Source of the DNA: Phoronis australis
Taxonomy: Eukaryota; Animalia; Phoronida
Direction of reading: 5' to 3'
Assembly: GCA_002633005.1 (NCBI GenBank)
Contig: NMRA01000516.1
Location: forward strand, 72,184-136,183
DNA length: 64,000 nt
The stretch's first letter is position 1; each line of letters begins with the position of its first letter. Below the pieces are notes generated by a model. That model saw only the letters and a program-made list of their open reading frames with translations, was not told the origin of the DNA and ran no database searches. Both the position numbers and the translations under genes were made by a program. Shown here one piece after another: positions 11,735-25,232 of the stretch.

Positions 11735-12231
11735 TTAAGTTTTCTCAACTAAATACTTTGAAAACATAATTTGGTGGGGGAAGAGTAACCTGTAACTGAA
11801 TGAATGTATATAGTTACATATATTTAAACAGCGCCACCTAATGTGATTAGAGTTCCCCCAATACAAAATATATGAAGATGAGAGCTGACGGATAGTCATT
11901 GAATCACATCTTAATGTGACTCAGTTGTAATCATCTTATTTTGGAAGTTTGAGCTGAAAACTAATTATGAACTATCAACAGCACAATAATGATTCAAATT
12001 TATGGTTTTAATCAAGCTTGGAACGCTGATTGTTTCATTAATATACAATTACAAACACTTACATAATGAAATTCTGAGTAAAAAAGAAATTTACTAGCAT
12101 TGTTCAGTGACCAGTTATCATAACGGCAGAATTTCAATCTCACTTTTGTTATTATTGGAAGTGCATGTTAAGAAGCAGTAAGACAGGGATTACACATAGC
12201 ACTGTATGTCTAAATTAGTTATCATACTCAC

Positions 12232-12414
12232 AGTTGGAAGGGTAGCGGATCTATTGTCTTTGACTGAAGTGCCCTGTTGTCGTGGATACTGTTGAGATAA
12301 AACGTGTGCCCGCGGCAATGACTGCGTGTTACTACCTCCATTTATTTTGGCAGCATGCTCAGGATACTTTTGAGCCAGATGCCCAAAGAAAGCATCTCGC
12401 TGTCGAACTAAGTT
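12232..12414 (-). CDS. SRCIN1/KIAA1217-like exon (NLVRQRDAFFGHLAQKYPEHAAKI...SATLPT)
   Basis: 61 open codons matching the family motif 'RKRDAFMDHLKSKYPQHA'. Acceptor tttctttgtAG, donor GTGAGT. Confidence 0.92.
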
Positions 12415-13321
12415 CTACAAAGAAATATCAAAATCAAATTTCAGTTTCACACCAAACACAACTTCATCTACCACGGTGACCCTACTCAAGCATGACCTCA
12501 TCTACCTCGGTGACCATACTCAAACACTTCTTAATCTACGACTGTACCTCGGTGTCCACAGTCAAGCAGATTACAACCCAGAACGCTTTAATTGGGAAAT
12601 TCAAAAATCAAGGAATGATTGTTAAGTTGAGTATAGGTGTTTTTAAAACCAAAATTTTTGAGAAATCTGGGAGGGGCATTTACCCACATACAAAACAGTT
12701 TTCATTAATTAATTATTCATTAATTCTTTGCAAGAAGTACAAGAAAACTAGAATGCACACATCTCCCTCAGCAACAAGTGGATACTTTCCTACACCAGTG
12801 TTCTTGGAGACAGGCTTTCAAACAGACACTGGCGGCTTAAGGGAAACCTCGACCACATAGACAGTGGGACCTAAGCCGACAATGATTATTTAAAGGTGAA
12901 ATTTTGGAAGTGGACGATAAGCCGAAGGACTTTACGCTTGACAATTACAGTAATATGCTAGTGTTAGGGCCCAACAGGGTGGATGGCAGCCATAGAATCA
13001 GGAATTAACTATTGACTTAGGTACCAAACAAATACCAATGTGGCAGTTGAAAATATATCCATTTGAAAGTGCCAATATTATAAAAAAGAAGTGTTTTAAT
13101 TTGTACTAGATATGTACTTTGTAAAATTTGTCAGCCCTGAAACTGTGTTAATTGAGAAGCAGTAAGACATTTAAGATAACGAAGCAACATATCAATAAAC
13201 CATTTTTTAAATTTTTGTTGATTGTTGAAACAAATTTTCCCGAACTTCGAATTCTGGGGAAGTGGAACAACATGTTTGCGCAGCAATGATGGAACAACAA
13301 ACAAACCTTATAAGTACAAAC

Positions 13322-13479
13322 CTCGTCTGCTTTACTCATGATAGCTTGCTGGATCTGGGCGCCATCTACAGTATGTCGACGATTTCCCTTGGTCTGTTTA
13401 CTTCGCTGGACTCCTTGATCAGCTGGGTCAGTGACGGTTAGTCCACCTTGCGAGGACACGTGAGGACCCGAGGTGGACA
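13322..13479 (-). CDS. SRCIN1/KIAA1217-like exon (STSGPHVSSQGG...KGNRRHTVDGAQIQQAIMSKADE)
   Basis: Contains the RRHTV motif as in the SRCIN1 N-terminus. Acceptor tttgtttacAG (phase 1), donor GAG|GTTTGT (phase 0). Confidence 0.88.
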
Positions 13480-16400
13480 CTGTAAACAAATTCAAATATT
13501 CAAAATTTGTTCAAACAGATGGTTGTTACCACAGCTCATTTTAAAATTGGTTAACAAAGATGTCTGTAAAGTATCAATGTAAAGGGTGGAATTTAAAAAT
13601 AAATTCAAGTTTGTTGCAGAGTTTGTAAGACCTCATGCTGGTTCTCCACAGTAGAACTATACTACGATTTTGCGCTTCTCTGTTAAGCATGGAAACATGC
13701 AAATGGTCTCTTGGTTGTGTCTTCAAACAACTTTTTTAATGTATAGAAAGTAAATATTTATGTTACTGGCGCATTCTTAACTTTCAAATTTAGTTTTCAT
13801 AACAAATTTAGTGGTACAAGTTATTAGCAGGACAAGTTCCAACCTGAAAAAATTGTATCCTCACCCAAAGTCAATGCCTGGTGCCGTTATAAACCAAGAG
13901 GTAAAGAAGCCTACAGGCACTACTTTTAAAAAGTCATCAGCAATAACCAGAGTACAATGTTGCCCTTTGAATTCTCTTGAACTCATCTATTAGAGATTCT
14001 TAGCCATAGGCAAAACCAAAGGTTTTCAAAACTCTGCAAGCAATTAATACTACCTCCATGCTAACTACTGCACACCCTACAACCTTTCACTGCCATGTGT
14101 GCGTTTCTGAGAGTTGTGCCTTTACTGGACTATACTAGGGATCACATTTATTGGCAGTTGGGAACTTCCCTCATTCTTGAACCAGTTAATTCTTAATTAC
14201 ATGGGAGATTATTATAGTTCAATGACATTGGCAGACAACAGGGCGACAGTTTTAATTAACCAAAATTTTTTATTGTTTCTTTTTTTTCGAATGAAAGTGT
14301 GATTGATTTTGCTTGCCAAATACCAAAAGATTGCAATGACTTCTAAACGGCCCATCAAAAAATATTAACCTTTACTCAAATTCAAAATGATTTTAATTCT
14401 GGATCCGACTATCAGATATATATCAGAGCCCATGAATTTCAACCAAAATCCTTCATCAATGTTGACACGCCTCACGCATGATGTCCTAATTTCAGAATAT
14501 CATGCAACAATATGAGTGCATCTTACCCTAAAAGCAATCCACCCACCAATCACAATTTTAGAATGTTTAGGTGATAGCACTCTATACCAACCCAGACCTA
14601 ATTTTAAAACTTGGAAGTGAAAGAGTTAAAGCAGCATCAAAACTGTGTTACCCATCAAACAAAAAGCTTTCATTCAGGCCACCTACCATTATAAAATTAG
14701 TTTCACACTATTCCTTATCCACATTTGAAGTGATTTTGAGGGCTTCGAAAGAACTGATAGTTGAGACCAGGCTTGTAAAGTCTGAGTCTCAAAATAAAGG
14801 AACAGCCAGACAAGACAAATTTTCTAGTGGTAAGTGGCTTAAATCAAAATTTGTTTTTGACAAACACAGGTTTAACACTGGTTTAGCATGCACTATTGGG
14901 TTTATCAGGTAGGTAGTCATGACCCGTCACACACACGGGGCAGTTTTCTGAAGGCAAGGTAGGATTAGACAAACCTCATGGCATGTCTACTGTAAGCTCA
15001 TCTGCACACTTCCTGTTTGACTTATGGTTAGATACCATATATCATTTTTCACAGCTCTGAACTTGTTGACAAACGATAAAATAAAGAATATGGGTTGATG
15101 CATAAGGAACGAAAGATGAGATGACAGTGTATAGTTCTTGAGACCACACTTGTCTATCTCATAAAACCTTAAGTTGCTTCAATCTTTGACATAAGGCCAT
15201 AGTTGCCAACATTCAAAACTGAACAAGTGAGACACCTGATCAAAGAAATACCGTAAGGGGGAAAAATGTCTGCTGGCACACCCAAAATTTCTACCGTAAC
15301 ACTCAAAATATGTACCGGAACTCAAAATGTCTGCCAGAACACCAAAAGCACGCAGACAACATTTTTGTTCTTCTACAGTCGTGTCTGAGAAAAGGAACGG
15401 TGAAAGCACCAAAATATACATTAATTTTGTGGCTTGTGTCAAAAAGTGGGACCCTTTGATGGTGACGTGACCTAGTAAAAAGCTTCAATAAGTTAGACGG
15501 TATTGTCAAAATCGGGACAGTTGGCAAGTGTTTACGGCAAACAATCAAGAGTGACCGACACCAGACCTTTACCGTACGCTAATTTACCTATGAAATCTCA
15601 CCAAGTTAGAACAAACTATGGCAGACAACTGAAAATTTATTGTTTTCATTCTTTACCTTAAAAACGTAGCAATAATTATTGTCTGAAATAGCACGTATTT
15701 AACATATTCAATCTATTAGGCACTGCCAGCTGTCTTGCTCAATGCACTACCTTAGAAAGGCGGAGATAATTGTCACATCATCAACAAATTTGTCAATTTA
15801 ATCTTTGCCCAGGCAGTCACATGACCTCCTGAACATCTTGTTTCAGAGTGACTACCTTACCAGATGCTGATCAGCAAAATATGAGCCACGATAGACTATG
15901 TGCAAACAATTTGCATCTAAGGTTTTTACCTCCATGTCCCTGGCTGCGATACTTGCGCCATATTTTCTCCGCTCGTTTCTGCAGTTTGTGCATTCTCAAT
16001 CACTATTTCAAACCTATTGGCAATAGTTGCTAACCGATAGTCACATTTCATCAACCACAAGTATATTAAACTTCATCTTTTCCTAAAAATTTGCCTGTAA
16101 TCGTTGAACCAACACCACACGAGATTACTCCTGTCGAATAGCTTCAAATACGTGGAGCTGATAAAGCAATGACTAAAACTTTTCTTTCCCAGTTTGTCAG
16201 CTCAACAATGCTACATGTATTAGTGGAGTGAGCAGATACCACCAACCAAATACTCCACAAAAGGGCCAGCAGTTCAAAGCAGTAATCCAATAATCCCCAG
16301 TTGCAGGTAAATCCAAGCACACTTTACTTATTAATCAAATTTCCTCCAAATCAATCTCTAACAATCTACAAACTCCTTGACTTGGACCTGGTAAGTGCTG

Positions 16401-18198
16401 TATTCCTCCTGATTGGGAGCTACTGTGTCCACGCAACTCTGGTCAGGTAACACCTCAGTCTTTATTCACACAGCCATGTGGAAACCTTTGTAGGTATTGG
16501 ACAACCAGCCCACCAATTTTATAACAAAACACTCTGTGTTGCTTTAAAAGCTAACATTGAATAGCACCTCCAGGCACCTTACAGGCAAGCAATGTCAGTG
16601 AATGAAAAGTGGCCATCACCAAAAGCCCCGTTTTTCTTTAGGACAAGTCAAAGCTAAGTTGCCCTTATTGAACTTCACTGGTGACTCCTTTGTGCAGAGT
16701 AGGTTTCACACCTCCCAGTTGGATGGTCAGCGCCAACTGCTTACCTGTGTATACAAAACACACACAGGTAACTGTCTCCAGTACATGAGAATGAGTCACC
16801 GTCAACAGTGGAGACTTGAGACAAGCTGTGTGTGCACCTACTAGATTGTGCCCAGTGACGTTTATCGGTTATCAACTTGGCAAGTGGAGATAGAACTAGG
16901 CAAACAATATGTGCATGACATTAATCCTACCAGCACACCCACCACAAATGTTTACATGTGTGTATGTCTGGTACTACCGCAGCCTGCCAAGACAACATGA
17001 TCTCCCTAAATATTACCACTTCAATAAAACTCCATGTCATAAATCTCTGCCTAAGGGTGTTAAACTCTAATCTACTTAAAGTTCATTTAACATGATTTGC
17101 ATACGAATAGGGATTCGATATTGTTGTAAATCATCCTTTGCATAACCATAAGTCTATAGTGATTTGGCGCCAATATCAACCGGAAATTTAATTTAAGAAA
17201 AAATAAAACTATGGAGCATAAAAAATTCATAATTTTCATTTTCTGGATATCCATGCATCTGAAGTCAAAATACTCAGCACAAAGAAAACTGAAAAGGAAT
17301 TATAAATTACAACTGCAAAAAGTCGACTCATTACAGAACGCTTTATTAAAAATGGTATGTTTTTTTGTTGTGCACAATATGCTGGCGCCCAAGGAGACAT
17401 TATAGGTATATGACTTCTCTGACTGCCACCAAAATCTCATGGTTCAAAAGACAAACCCACGTAAGGCAGCAGCTATTTGCAAGTCAGTAAGTTTATATTG
17501 ACCTCTGCATTAAGTCCTAACAGTGACAAAGGCAAATTTTCAAGGAAGAATATGAAGTTGCCTATATCAAAAATGTCCTGGGTGAAGCTACCTAATTCAC
17601 AACTGTATTAGAATACACTTGCACACTGCACAAGGTCTCAAAAGTAAAAAGATAGTCCAGGGAACCCCAGCCAATAATTTGTGTTTAGATAGACTAGCAG
17701 GACAAAGAGGTTGATAATTGCTGTTGACTTTGAATGAATTGCTAATACACAGCCACTGGCAGTGTCTGGCTAATAAAGGTTAGTTAGACATCAATATAGG
17801 TCATGTGATAAGACTACCTGTGCTACTGACCTTTGTTCTATTTTGCTGTCAGTATCTGCCTTTGGACATTAGAGGACCCAATGCTGATTTCTCCAGGGCC
17901 TGTAGCTCTAAAATACTTCAAACCACTAATATGGAAAAGTTGTCAGAGCTTGAAACAAATCCTCAGTGATCCCATACAATAGTGGCTGAATGCATGAAAG
18001 AATACTGAAAGCCCTGTGCAGTGCCAACCTTGAAAATCACTGTTTCAGTTCATATTGTTGATGGAACAAATTACTTTGCTTTATTTAATGCAGCTTGACC
18101 TATCACTCCTAGTTACACTGAGCGAAATTATTCCAACCGCAAGATTACCGTAGCTATCCCTAACTTGATGTAAGATTCACTGTCACTAACTTGATGTA

Positions 18199-19708
18199 TC
18201 GTACTCATCCGGGTTACTGCCCAGGATGCTTGACTTGGGAATCTAAAGAAACGGAGTGGGTGGTAAGCCGAGCATGGGTGGTTAAAATAAAAATTTTTGA
18301 AAAGTCAGGAATGGGTGCTTATTGCACAGTGAACCGATGTCACCCTCACTGCAGAGCTACATTGACATCGCACTTCAAGCATATCAGTTAAAATATAAGT
18401 CAGCCGATTGAAGTAACAGACTTGACGGCCTGAAGCGGAATAGCGCACCCAATACAGTAGCGCCGTGACCCCAAGCGTGATTGGGTTTTTATGTATCTCA
18501 GTTGCTGCTCGTCATCTCTTAGAACTAAGGTATTCCTGCAGGTAGGCGTGCATTCAGTAAGGCAAGTTTCTTGGGAGAAAAGAAAGATGACCCATGACTC
18601 TGCTAGTTCACCATATATTTTTAAGGGTAATCATGTGATTTTGTCAAGATTTGCTCCCTGCGATTCACTTAAAATGGCCCAGAATTTGATACTTGTACAA
18701 AGCACATACTCAACAGTCAGACGATACTACTATTAGGCAATAGGGGTGCTTGGTCGGCTGCGAAAAAAAATGAAGCAAACACACATCAGGTAAAAAGTCA
18801 TCAGGCAAATCAAGAGTTCAAAAAAATTTTTTTTACCATAATTTTCGGCTTGCGCTTAATGACAAGTGGATTTCTTGCACTGTTGCCTTTGGTTGGGCGC
18901 GTTAACTTTAGTGTCAGGAGTAAGTCATTAAAAACATGCGTTTAACCAAGTCAGGGAAAAGCGAGACATTCGTTACTTGTCAAGATTTCTCGTGTCAGCA
19001 TATATTCAAAACAAAGCAACAATTTCACCTTTTACTCTGCCGTATGTACATCACTATAGACGTGACTGGGTGCCATTTGTCAGTGAATTGTTGAAGTGAG
19101 ACATTGAGCCTGACAACGAACATGATTCATATGCGGTTTCTATTCAAAATAATGTTGATGGAGTTCCCAACATTGTTGGTCATGTACCAACAGAGTGTGA
19201 TCTTGTCTTTTATTTCATTGCTCAGGAAGGTGACATTTCGTGTACTGTCATGGGAAATCGCAGAAAGGCAGGCCACGGACGGACTTAAAATTCCTGTCAA
19301 GTACCGCTTTGCTGGGTCTTCCATGGCAATGAAATACATTTGACAAGCACTGTCTCAGTGATCACTACATGCTGACACAAGTTCCGCACGTGAGCCAAAG
19401 CAAACAATTGTGTCTCCTTCAGTAAAGAGCATGAGAATACAGGTACTTTACCGCCATAGTAAGGCAAAATCCCGGTTCTGCTAAAACTGACTGATAGTCA
19501 CTGAAAGGTAAGCGAGTTGCGTACGTTTTGGAATTTTAGTTTTGCGAGACCAACATTCACAAAAGCACAGACACCTTTAAGAAAGTCTCAATCATGAAAA
19601 ATTGGAATTGGGCAATAAGACTAGAATGGGCGCTTAAAATGAAAATTTTTTGAAAATTTCGGGAGGGGACGGTAAGGCAAGTATGGACGGTAACCCGGAC
19701 AAGTACAG
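18199..19708. mobile_element. Degenerate TIR element (Tc1/mariner-pogo-like termini) carrying a HIRAN-like remnant, inserted in a 25-bp minisatellite
   Basis: Imperfect TIR CGTACTCATCCGGGTTACTGCCC / GGACGGTAACCCGGACAAGTACAG. TA on the left; the right TSD is degenerate. Confidence 0.65.
19035..19340 (+). pseudogene. Decayed HIRAN-like domain (HHYRRDWVPFVSELLK*DIEPDNEHDSYAVSI...IVGHVP...ISCTVMGNRR / GLKIPVKYRF)
   Basis: Hand translation matches the HIRAN pattern 'EPDNxxDxxAV...VGHVP', with one stop codon and frameshifts. Confidence 0.65.
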
Positions 19709-20042
19709 CGAGATTCACTGTAACTAACCTGACGTAAAATTCACTGTAACTAACCTGACGTAAGATTCACTGTAACTAACCTGACGTAAGATTCACTGTA
19801 ACTAACCTGACGTAAGATTCACTGTAACTAACCTGACGTAAGATTCACTGTAACTAACCTGACGTAAGATTCACTGTAACTAACATGATGTAAGATTCAC
19901 TGTAACTAACATGACGTAAGATTCACTGTAACTAACTTGATGTAAGATTCACTGTAACTAACCTGATGTAAGATTCACAGTAACTTAAACCTGATTAAGA
20001 TTACTGTAACTAATTTGATGTAAGATATACTGTCCTTAACTC
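19709..20042. repeat. 25-bp minisatellite (taagattcactgtaactaacctgacg) x~13; continues on the left of the TE at ~18150-18198
   Basis: Direct tandem copies on both sides of the element. Confidence 0.95.
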
Positions 20043-20424
20043 GATCATTCCATGTTGAAATTTGCAATTTCAGCTTGACCTAATTAAGATCTGTGTGGAA
20101 TTCAAGAATCAAATTTAATCAGAATTTGTTCTCAGACGAAGGCTTCCAACACATTGACCTTTTTCAAAACAGTATAAAATCGGGAGTAAATGCATCGCAC
20201 TTATAACTGTTTGCACTTATAACTGTTTGCGAGTGCGGTGTAGCCAGCAGTTGTCAATGTTATATCACTGAGTGTGCTCAGTTGTAAATATTGTAACCCA
20301 GTGTGAACAGCCAGCCCAGTCGTAAATGTTCCAACCCAGTGTGAACAGTCAGCTAAGTTGTAAATGTTATAAACCCAGTGTGAGCAGTCAGCTCAGTTGT
20401 AAATGTTGTAACCCAGTGTGGTAT

Positions 20425-21210
20425 TATTATAAAACCCCCACGACCCATGACCCCTCGACCCAGTCTACACAAGCTCGACTCAATCTGAATGTAGAACAAG
20501 CACTGGCTTGCAGGACCAGTGAGTTGGGCCGTGAATTCGGCTAACTTTTCCCTGTGTTTTACAAATAAGAATCGATTTGGCAAGTTTGAAAGCCAAAAAC
20601 ATAAAAAACAACGCAACCAAGTCAAGAGACCTACCAATGTTACAAATGTCATTCCCGGCAGAGTGTAATCCTCTTGTCTGCTCTTCAGTGAATAGCAGAT
20701 TCAACTTTCTGCAGAGTGCGAGGAACTGACAAAACTGTAATTTCATTAGTAAATACAGTTTTGAAAAAACAAACTGTTAACTAAAAAAAAGTATTTTAAC
20801 ATTTTTGGAGTATATTGTAAATGAGTATACAACAGAAAGCAAATAATAAAAATGTGAAATTATGTACATTCACATTAACCTAGTACTCTCTCCCCAAGCT
20901 TAGTGCAATTGGTAGCTTCTCGTTGACTATTTCCGTGACAACGATAGTGCACTCACAAAGCACTATTTCAGATTATGTTTTCACACCACTTTCTGTGTTT
21001 AATCACCAGACTTGAGCCAGAGCAGACTCACGTGTAGCTACGTCTTATGGGAAAGTCACTCAGCGATGTAATAAGATTATGAATATGTAAAAAGCAAAAA
21101 AATACCTCTATTGGCATAAGTCGTGGGTAGAGGGTCAAGGGGGTTGTGGGTCAAGAAGGTTGTGGGTCAAGGGGGTTGTGGGTGTCGAAGGGGCTTCAGA
21201 GCAATCCCCC
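20425..21210. mobile_element. Second copy of the 1801-3699 TIR family, inside a ~39-bp minisatellite (20270-20420 and 21208-21320)
   Basis: Colinear similarity to 1810-2204 and 3410-3700. The unit cccagtgtgaacagtcagctcagttgtaaatgtt flanks both sides. Confidence 0.7.
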
Positions 21211-23576
21211 AGTGTGAACAGTCACCTCAGTTGTGGATGTTAGTGTGAACAGTCAGCTCAGTAGTAAATATTATAACCCAGTGTGAACAGTCACCTCAGT
21301 TGTAAATGTTATAACCCTTGGTGTTCACTAAACCAGAATTTGAGTTTGAACAGTTGCAACTCTTGGTGTGACAGGCAGCAAATGAATAAAGGTTATAGTT
21401 TAAGATATAGCCTAGTTTACTTGATGTGAACAGGACTATTTCCATTCTGTTGTCAGTCATAACATGTGAATCACCAATGACAATGCCAGCATTACATCAC
21501 TGACACACAGTTGCATCAACAGACTGGCCTGAGGGATGTTAGTGGGGTCTAAGATTAGCCATTATTTTGTGACTAAGTGTTGACACAGTCCACAAGGCTT
21601 ACATCAGGTGTCAACAATGACAAAAGCATCAGACTGAACCAATCCATAGTGTGTCTTGTAGTGACAGCTATTGAGCAGGTAGCAGAATATAAAATTAGTT
21701 GCCCAAGATTATAGAAGCAACAGAGCATGGCACTATTAACCCCTTTTACAACAGAGAGCAATTTTTAGTAACAGAAATGTACTGGAGCCATCACAAAATT
21801 GCAGCTTTTCAACAATGTTCTGGACAGGTAAAGAGGAGAGAACAATGAGAATATGTGTATACTGGATACACAGCTTTGATAATATCAGAAATGTCAGTTT
21901 TAACATACTTCTTACTCATACTTAAAAGCTAGTGATTATTATGGTACATAGGTTATGGTGCTGCTCTATTTTCAGATCACTCATCAAGGACCATAACCCT
22001 TGAAAGCAATCCTAATATGTATTGGGTGGTTCACTACAGCTACCAAATCATGACTGAACCTTTTACAAAGACCACAGTGGTGAGGCACAAAAAGTTTGAG
22101 CTTGAGCCTAGGCCACAGAAAACAGCATTTTTGAATTGGTCTGTTTGCTTGACAATTAATGTGGTAACTTCATGTTTTTAGTTGTCCATACGTTCAAAAT
22201 GAAAAATCGCCCGATTGCCAGCTGAAATAATTTAGAACCTTTCTTTCTGTTTAGGACCTTTCCTTCTGTTAACGTCACCCAATTGCCAGGTGAAAAAGTT
22301 CAGGACCCTTCTTTTAGTCAGCATCATCAGATTGCCAGGTGAAATAGTTCAGAACCCTTCTTTTTGTCAGCAATCAACCGATGCCAGCTCAAAAATCCCT
22401 TTTTTCTTTAAACAGTGAGGTAAAACCAGTAATGCTATTTTTGGTCAGGGTGTATTACAAAAGTTATTATCTCATGGAAATGATTGCATGACACAAAACA
22501 TATTTTAAAGAACCATTAAGTTTTTACTGTAGCAGATGACAAACGTCCGATTTTGTTTAACGACTAAGAGTATTCCTGTCTTTGCATTAGCATTCACAGA
22601 ATTTGGTTGTAATTCCGAGAATAAATATTGATTTTACACAGCCCAAGTTCAAGTAAACATTAAATGAAATCAAACAAGTGACAAATAGGTAACTAGTAAC
22701 CACAATCAATTGAATTACTGGTTTCCTTTCCAGGAAACACCAATCACAAATAATTGCACATAAAGTAAATCTTCACCAATAAAGCCATTTTCCCCCAACA
22801 CGTTGCCCTTAGATGGCAATGCCATCTAAGGGCAACAGACCAAGTAGCTGTTTGGCAGCACTCTGGATGTTTGTAGGAGTTTATGCAGTGACATTTCTTG
22901 AAATTTATTATAAATTTTATTTGACCCTCATGTGGTTAAATTGTTAGTGTTAACAGGTGTGACAATCAAGACACAAAAACACCCATCTCAAAATGCCAGT
23001 TCCATTTCGCCAAGTAAAAAGAATCTGCCAAATTTCTCAACATAACATATATTAAGAACATAGTACTTAATTATCAGCAATTAGTTAAGAACACACAATT
23101 GTCATAACAACACACATGGCTGTCAATAGACATCGTAAAATTTTCATTACTTGCATTTGACAAGAAGAATGACAATACCAACAATTTTGTTTTAGTGTAA
23201 AATAACTATAAAGTTAAAAAGATTGTTACTGGATAACTTTCCTTCACTGGTGTTTTTACATTCATTTTTTGAAATATGAATTAAATAGCATGAGACAGCA
23301 AAACAAAGCCATAAGCAATATTAATGATATCAATAATAACCTTTCCAGTTTAACCAGCATAGTTTCAGTATACATAAAATTGCTAAGTGATGAAAGGCCA
23401 TCCGGCTCAAGAAATCTGCTCTAGAACAATAGTTTACTAAATGCACGAAAAGTGAACGACATTCAAAGGAATAGATTTCAGAACATTTGGAAATAATTGT
23501 AATCAATTAACATGATATACAGTTATCTCACAGCAACCTCCCAACACTAAGTAAACACTCTTTATTTATTTGGTAA

Positions 23577-25232
23577 CACAGCACAAAAACAATCCAGGAT
23601 TAAAAACTTATGAAAAGAATTCAAAGATGTCAATTCCAAAAAAATTGCACAACAGCAAAACCTCATGTGCAGAAAAATACATTAAACCAATCTATAGTGT
23701 TCACAAGACATTGACCAACCCGTATGGGAGACGTAATCTTAATTCTCCGAGTATGTCCTACTATCCCCAAACATTAAATTTGTAGGTCATACCATGTTCA
23801 CTAAGGAAAATTTACCAGCCTGTCCTGTCACCCGCCAAAGCTGTACATACCTGATCACCATCACCCTAACTACTTAAACAAACACAGGTGACTACGTACC
23901 TCCAGTCACATGATATGTTAATTATATGTTCTGGTTCTCTCATCTCCTTATCTGCAGATATACAGTATCTCACTGTCACTTAAGGACACAGGCACCTGAC
24001 ATATGATGTAAAAATAATTAAAGCATTCCAACTGCTCATATCACTCAGTGTTCACGCAAAGCAAAAATGTAGGTGTGCTGCTGCGCATCGGTGCAGTGAA
24101 AACAAAAATATCATCTTAGGGTCCTCTGAACTTGCAGACGAATTGGAACAAGAGAGGCACAAAAATGGGAATAGTCACTTAAAGGACCACGCAATTTGAG
24201 AACCATTTGCTCCACTGATTAATGGATATCAAACTGGTTCTCAAAATCCTGGACCTCTATAAGTGACTATTGCCAAAAATTCATCATCCTAGTACAGAAT
24301 ACGAAGAAGTAAAAGAGGAATTTTAGTTACCTTTCCACATAAAAACACTTACCGGGGTATAACTAGAAACGAAATTTGCGCCCCGTGTTAAAACACTACA
24401 ATGAANCACAGCACAAAAACAATCCAGGTTTAAAAACTTATGAAAAGAATTCAAAGATGTCAATTCCAAAAAAATTGCACAACAGCAAAACCTCATGTGC
24501 AGAAAAATACATTAAACCAATCTATAGTGTTCACAAGACATTGACCGACCCGTATGGGAGACGTAATCTTAATTCTCCGAGTATGTCCTACTATCCCCAA
24601 ACATTAAATTTGTAGGTCATACCATGTTCACTAAGGAAAATTTACCAGCCTGTCCTGTCACCCGCCAAAGCTGTACATACCTGATCACCATCGCCCTAAC
24701 TACTTAAACAAACACAGGTGACTACCTCCAGTCACATGATATGTTAAATTATATGTTCTGGTTCTCTCATCTCCTTATCTGCAGATATACAGTATCTCAC
24801 TGTCACTTAAGACACAGGCACCTGACATATGATGTAAAAATAATAAAAAGCATTCCAACTGCTCACATCACTCAGTGTTCACGCAAAGCAAAAATGTAGG
24901 TGTCCTGCTGCGCATGGGTGCAGTGAAAACAAAAATATCATCTTAGGCTCCTCTGAACTTGCAGACGAATTGGAACAAGAGAGGCACAAAAATGGGAATA
25001 GTCACTTAAAGGACCACGCAATTTGAGAACCATTTGCTCCACTGATTAATGGATATCAAACTGGTTCTCAAAATCCTGGACCTCTATAAGTGACTATTGC
25101 CAAAAATTCATCATCCTAGTACAGAATACGAAGAAGTAAAAGAGGAATTTTAGTTACCTTTCCACATAAAAACACTTACCAGGGTATAACTAGAAACGAA
25201 ATTTGCGCCCCGTGTTAAAACACTACAATGAA
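23577..25232. other. ~830-bp near-identical direct duplication around a single N (24406); probable uncollapsed haplotype overlap
   Basis: 23577-24405 vs 24407-25232 differ by a few SNPs and indels, and the junction falls exactly at the N. Confidence 0.85.

Noticed and set aside
16744-16786. ATG plus a CAG|GTAAG donor on the minus strand as an alternative first exon
   Set aside because: Phase 0 does not fit the next exon (phase 1); no homology.
19709-20042. CRISPR-like 25-bp repeats
   Set aside because: Contiguous tandem units without spacers.
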